DNA of 64,000 bases from contig CM052816.1 of the NCBI GenBank assembly GCA_028534125.1, forward strand, positions 33,234,001 through 33,298,000, in the 5' to 3' direction. The stretch is from Lama glama (lineage: Eukaryota). Position 1 is the first letter of the stretch; each line of letters begins with the position of its first letter. Below, piece by piece: positions 53,259-64,000 of this stretch. A program made the translations under genes and the position numbers. The notes below the pieces were generated by a model. That model was given only the letters and a program-made list of their open reading frames with translations, had not been told where the DNA came from and did no database searches.

Positions 53259-54774
53259 ATATTCCTTACAACAAACTTACTAGAACAATATCCTCTTATA
53301 AAGCCCAGTTGTTCTCCTCCTTTCCCTGAAACTTCCTAAAAGCTTTGCACTTTTCCTTGTTTCTGGTCCTTACCGCGTAAGACCAAATACGACTTAAGAG
53401 CAGAAGCTGTAACACACCCACCTCTGTATTCCTCTGTGCACAGAGTGGGCATTCAACAAACATTTAAAAATAAAAATTAATATTCTCAAATTTGCGCTGG
53501 TATGACAGTCATCAGATGCTCTAAGCACTGAAGATTCAGGAGGAATCTATAAAGTAACGAACCACAGTGAATAGTAAATTATTCCTTTAAGGGAACCTGT
53601 ATTTTATATTACCAAAACAGAGGGCTCCAACAAACTAACTCACACAGCAAAATTCTTTGCGTTTTCCTCATTCCATGTTATCTGACTGATGGTAATTCTG
53701 GAAGCGTGTATGTATACAGTTAAGAGACAGGTTAACATTGGCACAGGAATTTTTCTCTATTTTAGGAATGAGAGAAAAATCAAAATCCTATCTCGCAAGT
53801 GTAGAAGCAGCAATATGATTTTAAGACAGTATTAATCCATCAGTTCCTTCATTTAACATTGATTCAACACTTACATCCATAGCATCTATGTACAAGGAAT
53901 GGTACTGGGTGGTATGAGAGATACAAAGGCAGAGTTGTTGCACTCATGAAGCTTATTATCTTGGAGGTGAAAGAAGTTAAATAGAAATTACTATAATACA
54001 AGTTAGGATTGAGTAAATTCTCTTATTTTTATTTTATTGTTAGTTTAAAATGTTTGTTTACTGTGAATATCCAGTAACCATGGAGGAACAGCCTAAGAAA
54101 AGTGGACTATAAGTATTAATTTGAAAAATATTTTTAAATATTTAATATCCTGAAAGACTCAGGATAGAACTGTGTGGGCAACTGTCCTTCGGCTTTTTAA
54201 TAACAAGTAGAATACAGAATTAAGAGTAGTTTTTAAAAAAAATTCTACTTCATCTCATAACCTTTACTCAGGAATTGAAAAAAACCTAACCAAGAGTTCA
54301 AAAGTATTTTGAAAATACTGCCGCCTAGACAGTATTGAAGCCTACTGGATGGTAACAGTTACCAGTATAGAGAAACTATGGATTCACCAGGGTTAGTTCA
54401 TAAACAAACATAAACAGTTGCCCAGTGGAGACTAATTTAAGCAGCATGCCTTTCTTAGAGAATGTGCTATCAACAAAATCCTAAGCTAGTACCTACAGCC
54501 CATAAAAATCAAAACATTTCAGTCCTGAAAAAGATGCTAAAATCATTTTACAGAAGAAGACAGATTAGAGAGGTTTGTGTGACTTGCCTAAAGTTATATG
54601 ACCAGTTAGTTGCAAGGGAACAGAATTTCCATCACACTAGTAATTTTAGATTAGGTAAAATGTACCCAGTGCATGTTTGCAAATATAAAATCTCAGCTTC
54701 TAAGTTGGACAAAACCTGATAAACCTTCTCAATATTCTAAAATGTTTGAAATCACCATTACACGAGGACAATTT

Positions 54775-55340
54775 TATTTATTTGATCAATATTTAGTCAA
54801 TTTCTATAACGTATTGGGCACCAAGTTTATGAAGACAAAAGACAAGAAAAGTACAGTATCTGCCTTGAGTGTAGGGAGCAATGCAAGGAAACCGTGAGAA
54901 TATCAGACATGAGCCGAGCAGTGCACGGGAGCTCTGTGGCACGCACGAGTCTCCAGAGAGCAAGAGCTACGTGAGAACTGAGCCCAGAAAAGATGAGCCT
55001 AGAGAAAACGAGAAGATGCTCACCAGGCAGACAAGGGGGAAGGAAGGGCACTTCCAGCAGGAGCTGCACCTGCAAAGCCACGCTGGAGGAGGGAATGTGA
55101 GGGAGAAAGCTGGAGGGGAGACAGTCACGGGGCTAGGTGGCCGGGCGCGTCCACTCAAACAGCCCTAAGACGAGCCTGAGCTTAACTACAAGAAACAGGC
55201 AACTGTTGCAGGACTTCAAGAAGAGCTGCCTGCTCAGTTTTGTGTCAGAGAAAAATGACCTCAGTGTCCGTGTAGAGTGGGCTGGAGGAGCCAAGCCTGC
55301 AGGTAGGACACCAGAACAGTAATTCTGGTTAGAGATGAAG
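54775..55340 (-). mobile_element. L2 3' fragment
   Basis: ttatttgatcaatatttagtc...tattgggcacc...atctgcctt followed by a purine-rich L2 body. Confidence 0.55.
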
Positions 55341-56819
55341 GAGCTTCAGAAACCAAGAAGGGGGAGGAGGGTAAACAGCACTGATTTCACCTTTTGCTTA
55401 TAATAATATAAAACTACCAACATATTTTTAGAAGAGTAAATACTACCCCAACTATATTCTCACGATTTCCACCCTGTTTATTGCGAAGTGCACTCAGCTT
55501 AAGACTACAGTACAAAAATTGCCAAAGCAAAACCCTTGCCTAAAAGCATTAACCTCTAAGGTATTCTGTTAAGCTTGTTATTTTTCAGAAAGCAGTTCTG
55601 ATTTTTGGTAAATAAGTGCAAAATTCCTTGAAATAGGAAATGTAGTCACATTTTTACAGAAATACCCTCTTCACCCTGTCTATGTTTTTACTTCCTACAT
55701 CTGTATCACAAATATGTGCATGCTGAACTTTCAAACAATAGACAATAGGTGTTTTAATCTATTGAATTAATCTGTTGAATTCAACTACTTGCCATAAGGT
55801 TGAATAGATGCCTAGTTAACACCAACATCACGTCTAAGATGAGTTTTCAAGTATCTTCTACATTGTGATGCGAATGTTTAAAAAATTAAACAAAGAGCTC
55901 ATCTATCTAGAATTTTCCAAGCAGAAGTTTCACAGCTGAAAATTCAACTGAGGGCTACACTTAAACTCAACTAACAAATGTCACATCAGATAAACACACT
56001 TAATGCTTATTGGTCAACCTAGCAATTTGTTCCATTTCCATTTTCATTTTGTTAAGAGATAGCGATCTAAATGTTTGAATAGTGAACAGATCCAGAGAGT
56101 CCTTCTGCCTACCCAAGTCTGTTTCTCCCATCAGTTAGAGTCATCAATAATCAATTGCATGAATTTAGTAATTACTCATTTACATATTTAAACTGACATT
56201 TTGAAATGACAATGAGAAGCTGACAATTAACTGTTCTCTAAGGAAATGCCCTTTCTCTCCATATGGTTTCTACTCTGGGACTAACACTTGAAGAGATTTT
56301 CAATTTACCAAACAACAGAGAGTTTCCCCAGCTGAGACCCCCATGGAAATTCATTTAGAATGCAAATGCCTCACCTTCTGTACCAAGAATTTAAATGCCA
56401 TTCCCACTGATGCTAAGAAGCCAGTTTTAAAATAAAAATTCATCTCCACCATAGACCTTGTGTAAATTAAACAGAAAAGAAGTTTAAGGCTTTAGAGGTT
56501 CTAATAGGTTTTCTCATGTTAGCTGTGCAGCATGCATGGGAGAAAAGGCCCTCAAGGAAGGGCCACAGCTGCTTCTTTTTAATTCAGAGGCTATGTTATC
56601 TTGGCTCTTTGTCTTAACACAGAGATATTAATTCCTATTGTAAGAATTAAATGAGATAATGTACGGACTAACTGTAAACTATAAAAGCTTCTATAAACAT
56701 TTGCTATTATTACTTGAGATGTTCACTAACCTCCTGAGTCCAAATTAAAAGATTAAAATAAAGGGCTGGAGGAAAAAACAACTATCCTGAAAAATACAGC
56801 TACTAAAAAAGCACCTGAA

Positions 56820-57637
56820 CAAACTGATTTATAGATACAACATAGTCCAATCAAATATACAAGCTACCCATTTTGAAGAAATTGACAAGATGATCCTAAA
56901 ATGTGAATGGGAACTCAGAGGACTAAGCATAGTTGATCTCAAAAAGAACAGAACAAAATTGGAGGGTCACAGTACTCAGTTTCAAAACTTACAGCAAAGC
57001 AACGGTAATCAAAATAGTGTGGTACTGGTATAAGGATAAGTGTATGCATCAACAGAAAAGAACTGAGAGTTCAGAAATAAACTCAACACTTATGGTTAAT
57101 TGATTGTTGATAAGAATGTCAAGAAATGGGAAAGCACAGCCTTTTCAACAAATGGTTCTGGAACAACTTGACATCTACATGCAAAAAGAATGAACTTGGA
57201 CCCCTTCTTCACACCACACACAAAAATAAACTCAAAATGGATTATAGACATAAATGTAAGAACTAAATCTATAAAACTCTTAGAAGAAAATATAGTGACC
57301 TTGGGTTAGGCAAAACCTTCTTGGACATAATACCAAAACACAAGCAACCAAAGGTCACATAATGTATAATTCCATTTTTATGAAATGTCTATAATAGGCA
57401 AATCTATAGAGACAAGAGGTAGATTAACAATTGCTTAGGGATAGGGAGGTTGGAGTGAAATGGGGGTGACTACTAAAAGGGTACAGAGCTTCTTTCTGAG
57501 GTGATGAAATGTCCTAAAATGGATTATAATTATAGTTGCACAACTCTGTGAATATACTAACAACACTGAATTATACACTTTAGATGGGTGAATTGTACCA
57601 TATGCAGTATTATTATATCTTAATAAATCTGTTTAAA
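56820..57637 (+). mobile_element. L1MB/MC-like ORF2 fragment joined to its terminal 3'UTR
   Basis: gaaattgacaagatgatcctaaaat...ttttcaacaaatgg...aaaactcttagaagaaaa, then gtgatgaaatgtcctaaaat...taataaa. Confidence 0.85.
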
Positions 57638-57885
57638 ACTAACCTAAAGATATGAATGTTAACAGCAGCATAGTAGTCAAGACCTTCATATCATGGTTTG
57701 GTTGGTACATAAAATAATGATGTGCCTCAATCTATACGGCATCTTAGATTTAATGACATTCCAAAGCAAATAATTGGAAACAACCTAAATGTCAAACAAT
57801 AGGAGAATAATCAAATAAATAAATAATGGAAAATTATAATCACAAATCACATTTTCCAATCTTTTTCGGGGGGGAGGGGTGACAC

Positions 57886-59630
57886 TTTTATTGAGATATA
57901 ATCCACACACCATAAAATTCACTAGTGGAAGTATACAGTTCAATGGTTTTTGTATATTCCTAGAGTTGTGCTACAGTCAATTTTAAAGATTTTCATCAAC
58001 TCAAAAAGAAATCCTATACTCTTTAGCCATCATCATCCTTCAATCTTCCCCATTACCCTCAGCTCTAAGCAACCACTAATCTACTTTCTGTCTCTATAAA
58101 TGTGTATATTTTGAACATTTCATATAAGTGGAAACATATAATGTATGGTGTTTTGTGACTGGCTTCTTTCATAGCATAATGCTTTCAATATTTATCCGTG
58201 CTGTAGCCTGTTTCATTACTTCATTTCTTTTATGACTGAATAATATTCCATTGCATGGATATACCACATGTTGTTTGTTTATTCACCAGCAGATAGAAAT
58301 TTGGGTTGTTCACATCTCTCAACTATTAGGAGTAATGCTGTTATAAACGTCCATGTACAAGTTTGTGTGCGTATGTATGTTCTCAGTTCTCCTGTATATA
58401 TATTCAGGAGTAGAATTGTGGATCATATGGTAATTCTGTGCTTACTTTTATGAGGGACTGCTACTACTTTCCAAAGTGGCTCCAACACTTCACATTCCTA
58501 CCAGCAGTGTTCGAGGATTCTGATTTCTCTACATCCTGCCAATATTTGTTATTATCTGAATTTTTATTATAGCCATCCTATTAGGTTTAAAGTGGGGTCT
58601 TATTGTAGTCTTGATCTGCATTTCCCTAGTGGCTAATGATGCTGAACATCTTTTTGTGTGCTTATTGCTATTTGTACATCTTCTTTGGAGAAAAGTCTAT
58701 TCACATCCTTTATCCATTTTTAATGGGTTATTTATCTTTTTGTTACTGGGTTGCAAGAGGTTGTCTTTTTTTTTTTTTAAATAGAACTGAGATACATATT
58801 CCTTATCAAATACATGATTTGCAAATATATGATTTCCTCTCATTCTTCAATTTGTATTTTACTCTTTCAGATAGGCTTATTTGAAGCACAAGTTTTAAAA
58901 CCTTGATGAAGCCCAATTTGTCTAGTTTTCTTTTGTAGCCTAGGCTTTTGGTGTCATATATAAGAATCCACTGTCAAATCCAAGATGACAAAGATTTTAT
59001 TCTATGTTTTCTTCTAATAGTTTAATAGATTTTGCTCTTACATTTAAATTTTTGATCTGTTTTGAATTAATTTTTGTACATGAGAAATGTGAAGACTCCA
59101 TACATTTTGTACGAGAAATATATACATTTTTATATGTAAGGTAAGTATCCAACTTCATTCTTTTACATGGGGCTATCCAATTGTCCCAGCACCATTTGTT
59201 GAAAAGGCTATTCTTCATTTCACCCTTGATTTTGGTATCCTTGGCACTCTTGTTGAAAACCAATTCACCACATACTTTTGGGCTTGTTTCTGGACTCTCA
59301 GTTCTATTTCATTGATCTATATGTCTGTCCTTTTGGCAGTATCACACTGTCTTGATTACTGTTGCTTTGAAGTAAGTTTTGAAATTAGAAAGTGTGAATC
59401 ACCCAAATTTATTCCTCTTTTTCATGTTTTGACTATTCTGGGTCCCTTGAATTTTCATATGAATTTTAGAATCAGATTGTCAGTTTCTACAAAAAACAAA
59501 AACAAAACAGCAGCTGTGATTCTGAGAAAGATTGCATTGAGTCTGTAGATCAATTTGGGGGTGCACTGCCATAACAATATTAAATCTTCCTATCCATGAA
59601 CATGAGATGTCTTTCCTTTTATCTAATTAT
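57886..59630 (-). mobile_element. L1MB-like 3' portion
   Basis: tttattgagatataat start; [21 protein letters not shown]...IKLLEENI on the minus strand. Confidence 0.9.
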
Positions 59631-59924
59631 TTTTGATGTTCTAGAGGAATGATATGATGTAGCTATGTCACTAGGAAAATAAAAATGATATTCCTTAGTT
59701 ATGGGATAATAAATGATTTTGATTTTATTTTTATACGTTTCATTATCTTCTAAATTTTCAGCAACAAAAATATCTCTGATATAACCAGAGAAAATTTATT
59801 TTCAAAGGAAAATATTATATTATAAAGTATACTTATATTTAAAGTATTCATAAACATGGAATAGTCTTGGAAATGAAAATGCTTGAAAGATTTTTCAATA
59901 TACATGAACATACCACTGTTTATT

Positions 59925-60235
59925 CTTGGTCACTTATTCATCAGAATTTACTGACTGAATGCTATATGGCAAATATTGTGCTAGATCCTGAGTGTCCTGT
60001 TTGCACAAAACAGACATGATTCCTGTCACCGTGAAGGCTATAACTAGTGGCAGAATGACAAAGAAAAAAAAAAGGAAAATAAAATAATAAATAGAAATGC
60101 AATTATAAGTTGTAAACAGTGCTTTGGAAGAAAGCCATGATGGAGAATAATGCTGGAGCAGAGCTACCCTACTTTGATATAGTGGTCATGGAAGCTCTCT
60201 CTAAGGCACCAATGTTTGAGTTGAGGCTTGGGGAC
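59925..60235 (-). mobile_element. L2 3' end
   Basis: ttattcatcagaatttactga...tgtgctagatcctgag...aaaacagacatgattcctg. Confidence 0.7.
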
Positions 60236-60893
60236 TAGATATAAATGTAAATGTTGGTTTTAGATATTTGTCAAAATGTTCGACATAAATAGTTTCTTAA
60301 ATTGAAGGGTAAAAATAAGAAGCTCTAAAATTTCAAGGGAAATTAATTTCAGTAAGTAGAGTAAAACCACCATCTCCTGTAACATGATAAACAGGACCCC
60401 AAAAATTCAATACCATGAAGTGTGGGATTAAGCCACTGTAAGATTAACAAATGCACCATAAGAGCCTGCTGTCATCACACTGTGCAGCCCGAGTCCTGCC
60501 CTGTCCAAGCTGCTGCTTGGCTCCACCCGACAGTAGTTGTCTGCTCCTGCTTAACCAGCCACATAGGGATGATTCTGGGTCCCTTTGGCAGGCTGGGAGC
60601 TCCTGGGCAGGAGCAGCAATTCCAGAAACCTCCAGCTAGCTCATGCCGTTTTTGTCAGCCTGATGGGGAAGGTTGGGCCAAGAGAATATTCAAGACACAA
60701 CGCCCTAACTTTCAGCTCCCTGCCTCCTGCAATGGTGTACCCTGACATTCCCCCTCATGGCCTCGATCTCTCTTCCACTTATCCTTCCTCCAAACATACG
60801 ACCTCCAGCTTACTCCTGTTTGAGAATGAGGGCTAGGTAAAGGACTGGAGACAATATAGTTGAATTTGGGTTAACACGGAGGAGTTTCATCTT

Positions 60894-61360
60894 GTGTATT
60901 GGTTGCTATTTGCCTACCCAATACCCAATTCCTGCTCGTAACTAGAGAACTCAGCTTTTGTTTAGGGAGGCAACTCTGCTGTAAGTAGGCATGGTAGGGT
61001 GATGTAGTCTGACAAAAATGACATCAATTAAGGGATTTGGAAAAGCTGTGCTTTGTTTGATGACACAGACATCATTCATTTCAGCTTCCTTTTACACTTT
61101 CCTCCCTAGAACTTGGAGATAAAGATGTAGATAGAGCAATCATTTTAGGACTGTGAGATAACCATAAGGATGAAAGCTCTATGTGAAGAATGGTGATGCA
61201 GAAAGATAGAAGGGAACTGGGCATTGGTACCCTTATGGAGCTGCTGCCTTAGCCTGGTTGGCCCACCTCCAGACTTCTGGGTGTGAAGGCCAACCCTTAT
61301 TTGACTGTGATTAGGCTTTTATTATATATATATAGCCAAATGGAAATCCTAACGGATGCA
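60894..61360 (+). mobile_element. MLT1I/J-like MaLR solo LTR
   Basis: tgtgtattgg...ggatgaaagc...cagaaagatagaagggaactggg...cacctccagacttct...cctaacggatgca. Confidence 0.7.
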
Positions 61361-63550
61361 GCTATTTTACCATTAGCTAAAATTTGACATCTTTTGAAGA
61401 ATTCAAAGTCTTTAAGGTTTTAAAATAGAAAGCCCAACTCTCATGTTTAATAAAAGGGAAACTCACAGCACTCCACATCTTATCATGCACTGCAGAGTGG
61501 TCAGTAAAGTCATTAAACAGGGACAGCACAACGGAGTCGCATGGGAGAGGGAGTAGTTATTTTCATCAACCCCATTCCCCAAGCCATACCAAATAAACAT
61601 ATATTCCAGTAAAACTGTGCTTGCTCCATAAACACACTTCTAGACAAATTCTTCAGTGCCTCCTTTCAATAAGATTGCCATCCCTGAACTCCTCCTCTTT
61701 AGAAAATCTGTCACAGCCTAAAAATAACTTCCAAGGCAACTCTGCCCACAGTTAAAAGTTTTGGCTTTGGGTCTACTACTGCACATATCTTCCACCTTTC
61801 AAGCAGATATATTAAAGTGATGTGACACAAGGAACAAGTTTTTCCCACTTTTACCCCAGTGGTTTTCTACCTTCATCTAAAATTCCTTCTTTACCATCAC
61901 CTCCTTTACAATGCTTCACCCTCCAAAATAAAGTTCTCAAATTATGCTTAAAGAATTCATTATCCTTCAGTGTCCATTCAGCTCCCATTCAAAATAATAT
62001 GAGTATTTATATAGAAAGTGCAGTTTGGATAAAGCAACACACCAATAGGATTAGAGAAGGGGTAGGAGAGAATTCTGTTAGCTTTCTATATGCTCTCTTG
62101 CTCATGTGCAATTAAATTCTTTTTGCATCTAACATAAAGAACGTAGATAGTTTCACCTTTGCAAATAAGATAATGGCTTTTCAAGCAGGAAAATAACAAC
62201 AAAAAATCTAAATTATTCGATGAACCCAGAACCAAAACAGGGAAAGATTTCCAGATAAAAATCTAAGTGATGTCAACTAGAGTTACATATTTTTTTTTCA
62301 TTTCAGAACATAATTACTCCAGAACATAGAATTTTCTGATATCTTTCTAATGTTTCCCAGTGAAACTTCAGAAAAGTAGTAAAATGCAGGTAAGAATCAT
62401 CGTAACTGAGTAGTCCCAAATAAATGAGTATTTTTTAATTGCCAAATTCTTTTACATGTCAAATCACCTGTTTCAGAGATCTTTTTTTAATGGAGGAGGG
62501 GGGATTCCCCCACTCTTTTTTTCTAGGTAGGCAAGGACAATCAGCAGGACGTATCCTGGGATTTTCAGACCCATCAAGACAAAGGCTAAAGAAACATGCA
62601 ATACATAATTTAGGCTGCCTATTCCCTTGAAGGCAATTCAAATTTTGGTGCGTACGGTCTTCAGCGCCCAGTGTGGATCTTTCACACCGTAAAACATTAC
62701 AATTGCCTTCTTGACCATCAGTGTCTGATAAGTGATTAAGAATTTGGGCAGAAGTAATTATTTTGCCAAGCCCTGCCGCCCAACGATGCAACACCGCCCC
62801 TGTAGGGGAGCTGCAAGCTAGCACAGCAAGGGTTATGAGTGCTCGCGCAGAGGTGCCTCGAGACCCCTCCAGAGGCTCACCTGGTGAGAGCGCGGAGCAG
62901 GGTAGAGAGTTGGGTCTATATTCCAGACTCACCTCTAAAGCCCGAGTTTGCGCCTCAGTGCTTCGTTCTCCTCCGCCTAATAGGTTTAAATCAGCACTGA
63001 GCGGCAAACCGTGCCTGTTCTTTGGGCTCTTAAGTTTGGAGCAGGGGCTCGGTGCCACACCAAAGTTCGGCACAGCTTGTATTCATATTCAAATCTGTCA
63101 CTGAGAGCGCATCCTTATCCTGGTCCGGCCCCGGGTCCGTCCACTGAGCAACCCGTGGCCACAGCATCTTGACACCCTGAAGCCCGAGGCTGCGGGGCAG
63201 CCTCTTCCACCTGGGACAAGTGGCCTGAACTCGTTTTCCCAGAGGCAGGAGTCCTTAGAGTCCCGGGGGACCGGAGGGTGGGTATTCGCGTACTAAAGAG
63301 GTGCCTCCCAATGCCCAGACAAAGACGGCGCTAGGAAAAGTTGGGCCAACTGGCATCTCCAGAAGACGAGCAGAGCAGCCCCTCGGCCTCAGTGGCCGAG
63401 CTGGCGACACACTCTCAGAGTCACAGCCAGTTTTCCCGTAAGCTTCTGAGCAACTTGCGGGAAGTTGGGGCGAGGGGGCGGAGGAGGGGTCAAGGAGAGC
63501 GCCTAGAGGCTCGTCGCGCCCCAGCCCGTTTCGTGGACCTCCCCGAGTAC

Positions 63551-63705
63551 CTGCTAATGTATCCGTCGCCGTCGCCGTCGCACGTCTGGAAGAGGCGCCG
63601 CATCCTCTCCTCCTCGCCGGTGCTGGACGTGTCGCTGCTGCTGCTGCCGCCGCCGCCGCCGCCGCTGCTGCCGCCGCTGGCGCTCCCCGCCGCCGCCGCC
63701 ATCAT
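63551..63705 (-). CDS. MCC: MCC (colorectal mutant cancer protein, long EF-hand isoform) coding exon 1
   Basis: Translation MMAAAAGSASGGSSGGGGGGSSSSDTSSTGEEERMRRLFQTCDGDGDGYIS(R) matches the recalled MCC N-terminus, with EF-hand loop DGDGDGYIS. 155 nt = 51 codons + 2, ending at AG|GT (GT at 63550-63549). Lies in a CpG island. Confidence 0.93.
63634..63699 (-). repeat. Compound GCG/GGC/AGC trinucleotide repeat encoding Ala/Gly/Ser runs
   Basis: Plus strand reads (gct)4(gcc)6 gctgctgccgccgct...(cgc)4, inside exon 1. Confidence 0.9.
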
Positions 63706-64000
63706 GCGCCCGCTCGCTGCTCGGGGGGCGGAGGACGTGCGGCCGCAGGAGGGATCCGTGAGTCGCACCAGCTGCTCGCGGCCCCGAACCTGCCTGACGA
63801 CGGAGCATGCCCAGTGGCCGCCGGGGCGCTCCGGGCGAGGGATTCCACCTCTCCGGGTTTTGTCCGGGCTGGGAAGATGGGCGCTCTGCGTTCGCGGGAG
63901 TAGGCACCTTAGGGGAGAAGGAGGAGGCGAAGGTGGCTCGTAGAGTCGAGGAGCTGAGGGTGGCGACGGGGACGCGAGGGGAGGCAGAGTACCCAGCAGG

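Larger units (their letters stand above)
1..63550 (-). other. MCC: MCC intron 1 (continues beyond the left edge)
   Basis: Starts at the GT after exon 1. No ORF resembling the expected continuation (NDLLMVCRQLNMEE...) was seen. Repeat-rich. MCC is known to have a very long first intron. Confidence 0.8.
62780..64000. promoter_or_regulatory. CpG island covering MCC promoter/5'UTR, exon 1 and the start of intron 1
   Basis: Abrupt rise in GC and CpG density relative to the CpG-depleted remainder; densest at ~63100-64000. Confidence 0.9.

Noticed and set aside
55756..55810. Palindrome gttgaattcaac with nearby short inverted and direct repeats as a miRNA hairpin
   Set aside because: Stem too short and irregular; compatible with chance and local slippage.
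60390..60835. GC-richer segment with overlapping short ORFs
   Set aside because: Could not be assigned to a protein or repeat family; nothing supports coding.
62459..63073. 204-aa minus-strand ORF
   Set aside because: No recognisable domain; lies at the GC-rich island edge where stops are scarce.
63706..63768. N-terminal extension of the MCC ORF in the ORF track
   Set aside because: Starts at GTG; the recognised protein begins at MMAAAA.
63341..63943. 200-aa plus-strand ORF
   Set aside because: Antisense shadow of GC-rich MCC exon 1; starts at TTG, and its poly-L/P/A runs mirror the triplet repeat.

Overview
Mammalian genomic DNA, most likely a cetartiodactyl. A camelid is my best guess, from the style of the young L1 3' ends and the lack of recognisable young SINEs. 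The right end is a CpG island holding coding exon 1 of MCC (long EF-hand isoform) on the minus strand (CDS 63705-63551, MMAAAAGS...GEEERMRRLFQTCDGDGDGYIS-R, phase-2 donor). The other ~63.5 kb is read as MCC intron 1; no exon 2 was seen. The intron is filled with interspersed repeats: L1 of several ages, HAL1, L2, MIR, MaLR/ERVL solo LTRs and hAT/Tigger MITEs, with several nested insertions and readable target-site duplications (TSDs). I found no other credible protein-coding gene, RNA gene or clearly novel biological system. The best leads are an out-of-frame upstream ATG opening an Arg-rich ORF over the MCC start, a candidate recursive-splice/poison exon at ~39.1 kb, two L1 3' ends under one TSD pair, and an L1 lacking almost all of ORF2. 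Repeat family names come from recalled consensus sequences, not a database search. Repeat boundaries without TSDs are approximate.
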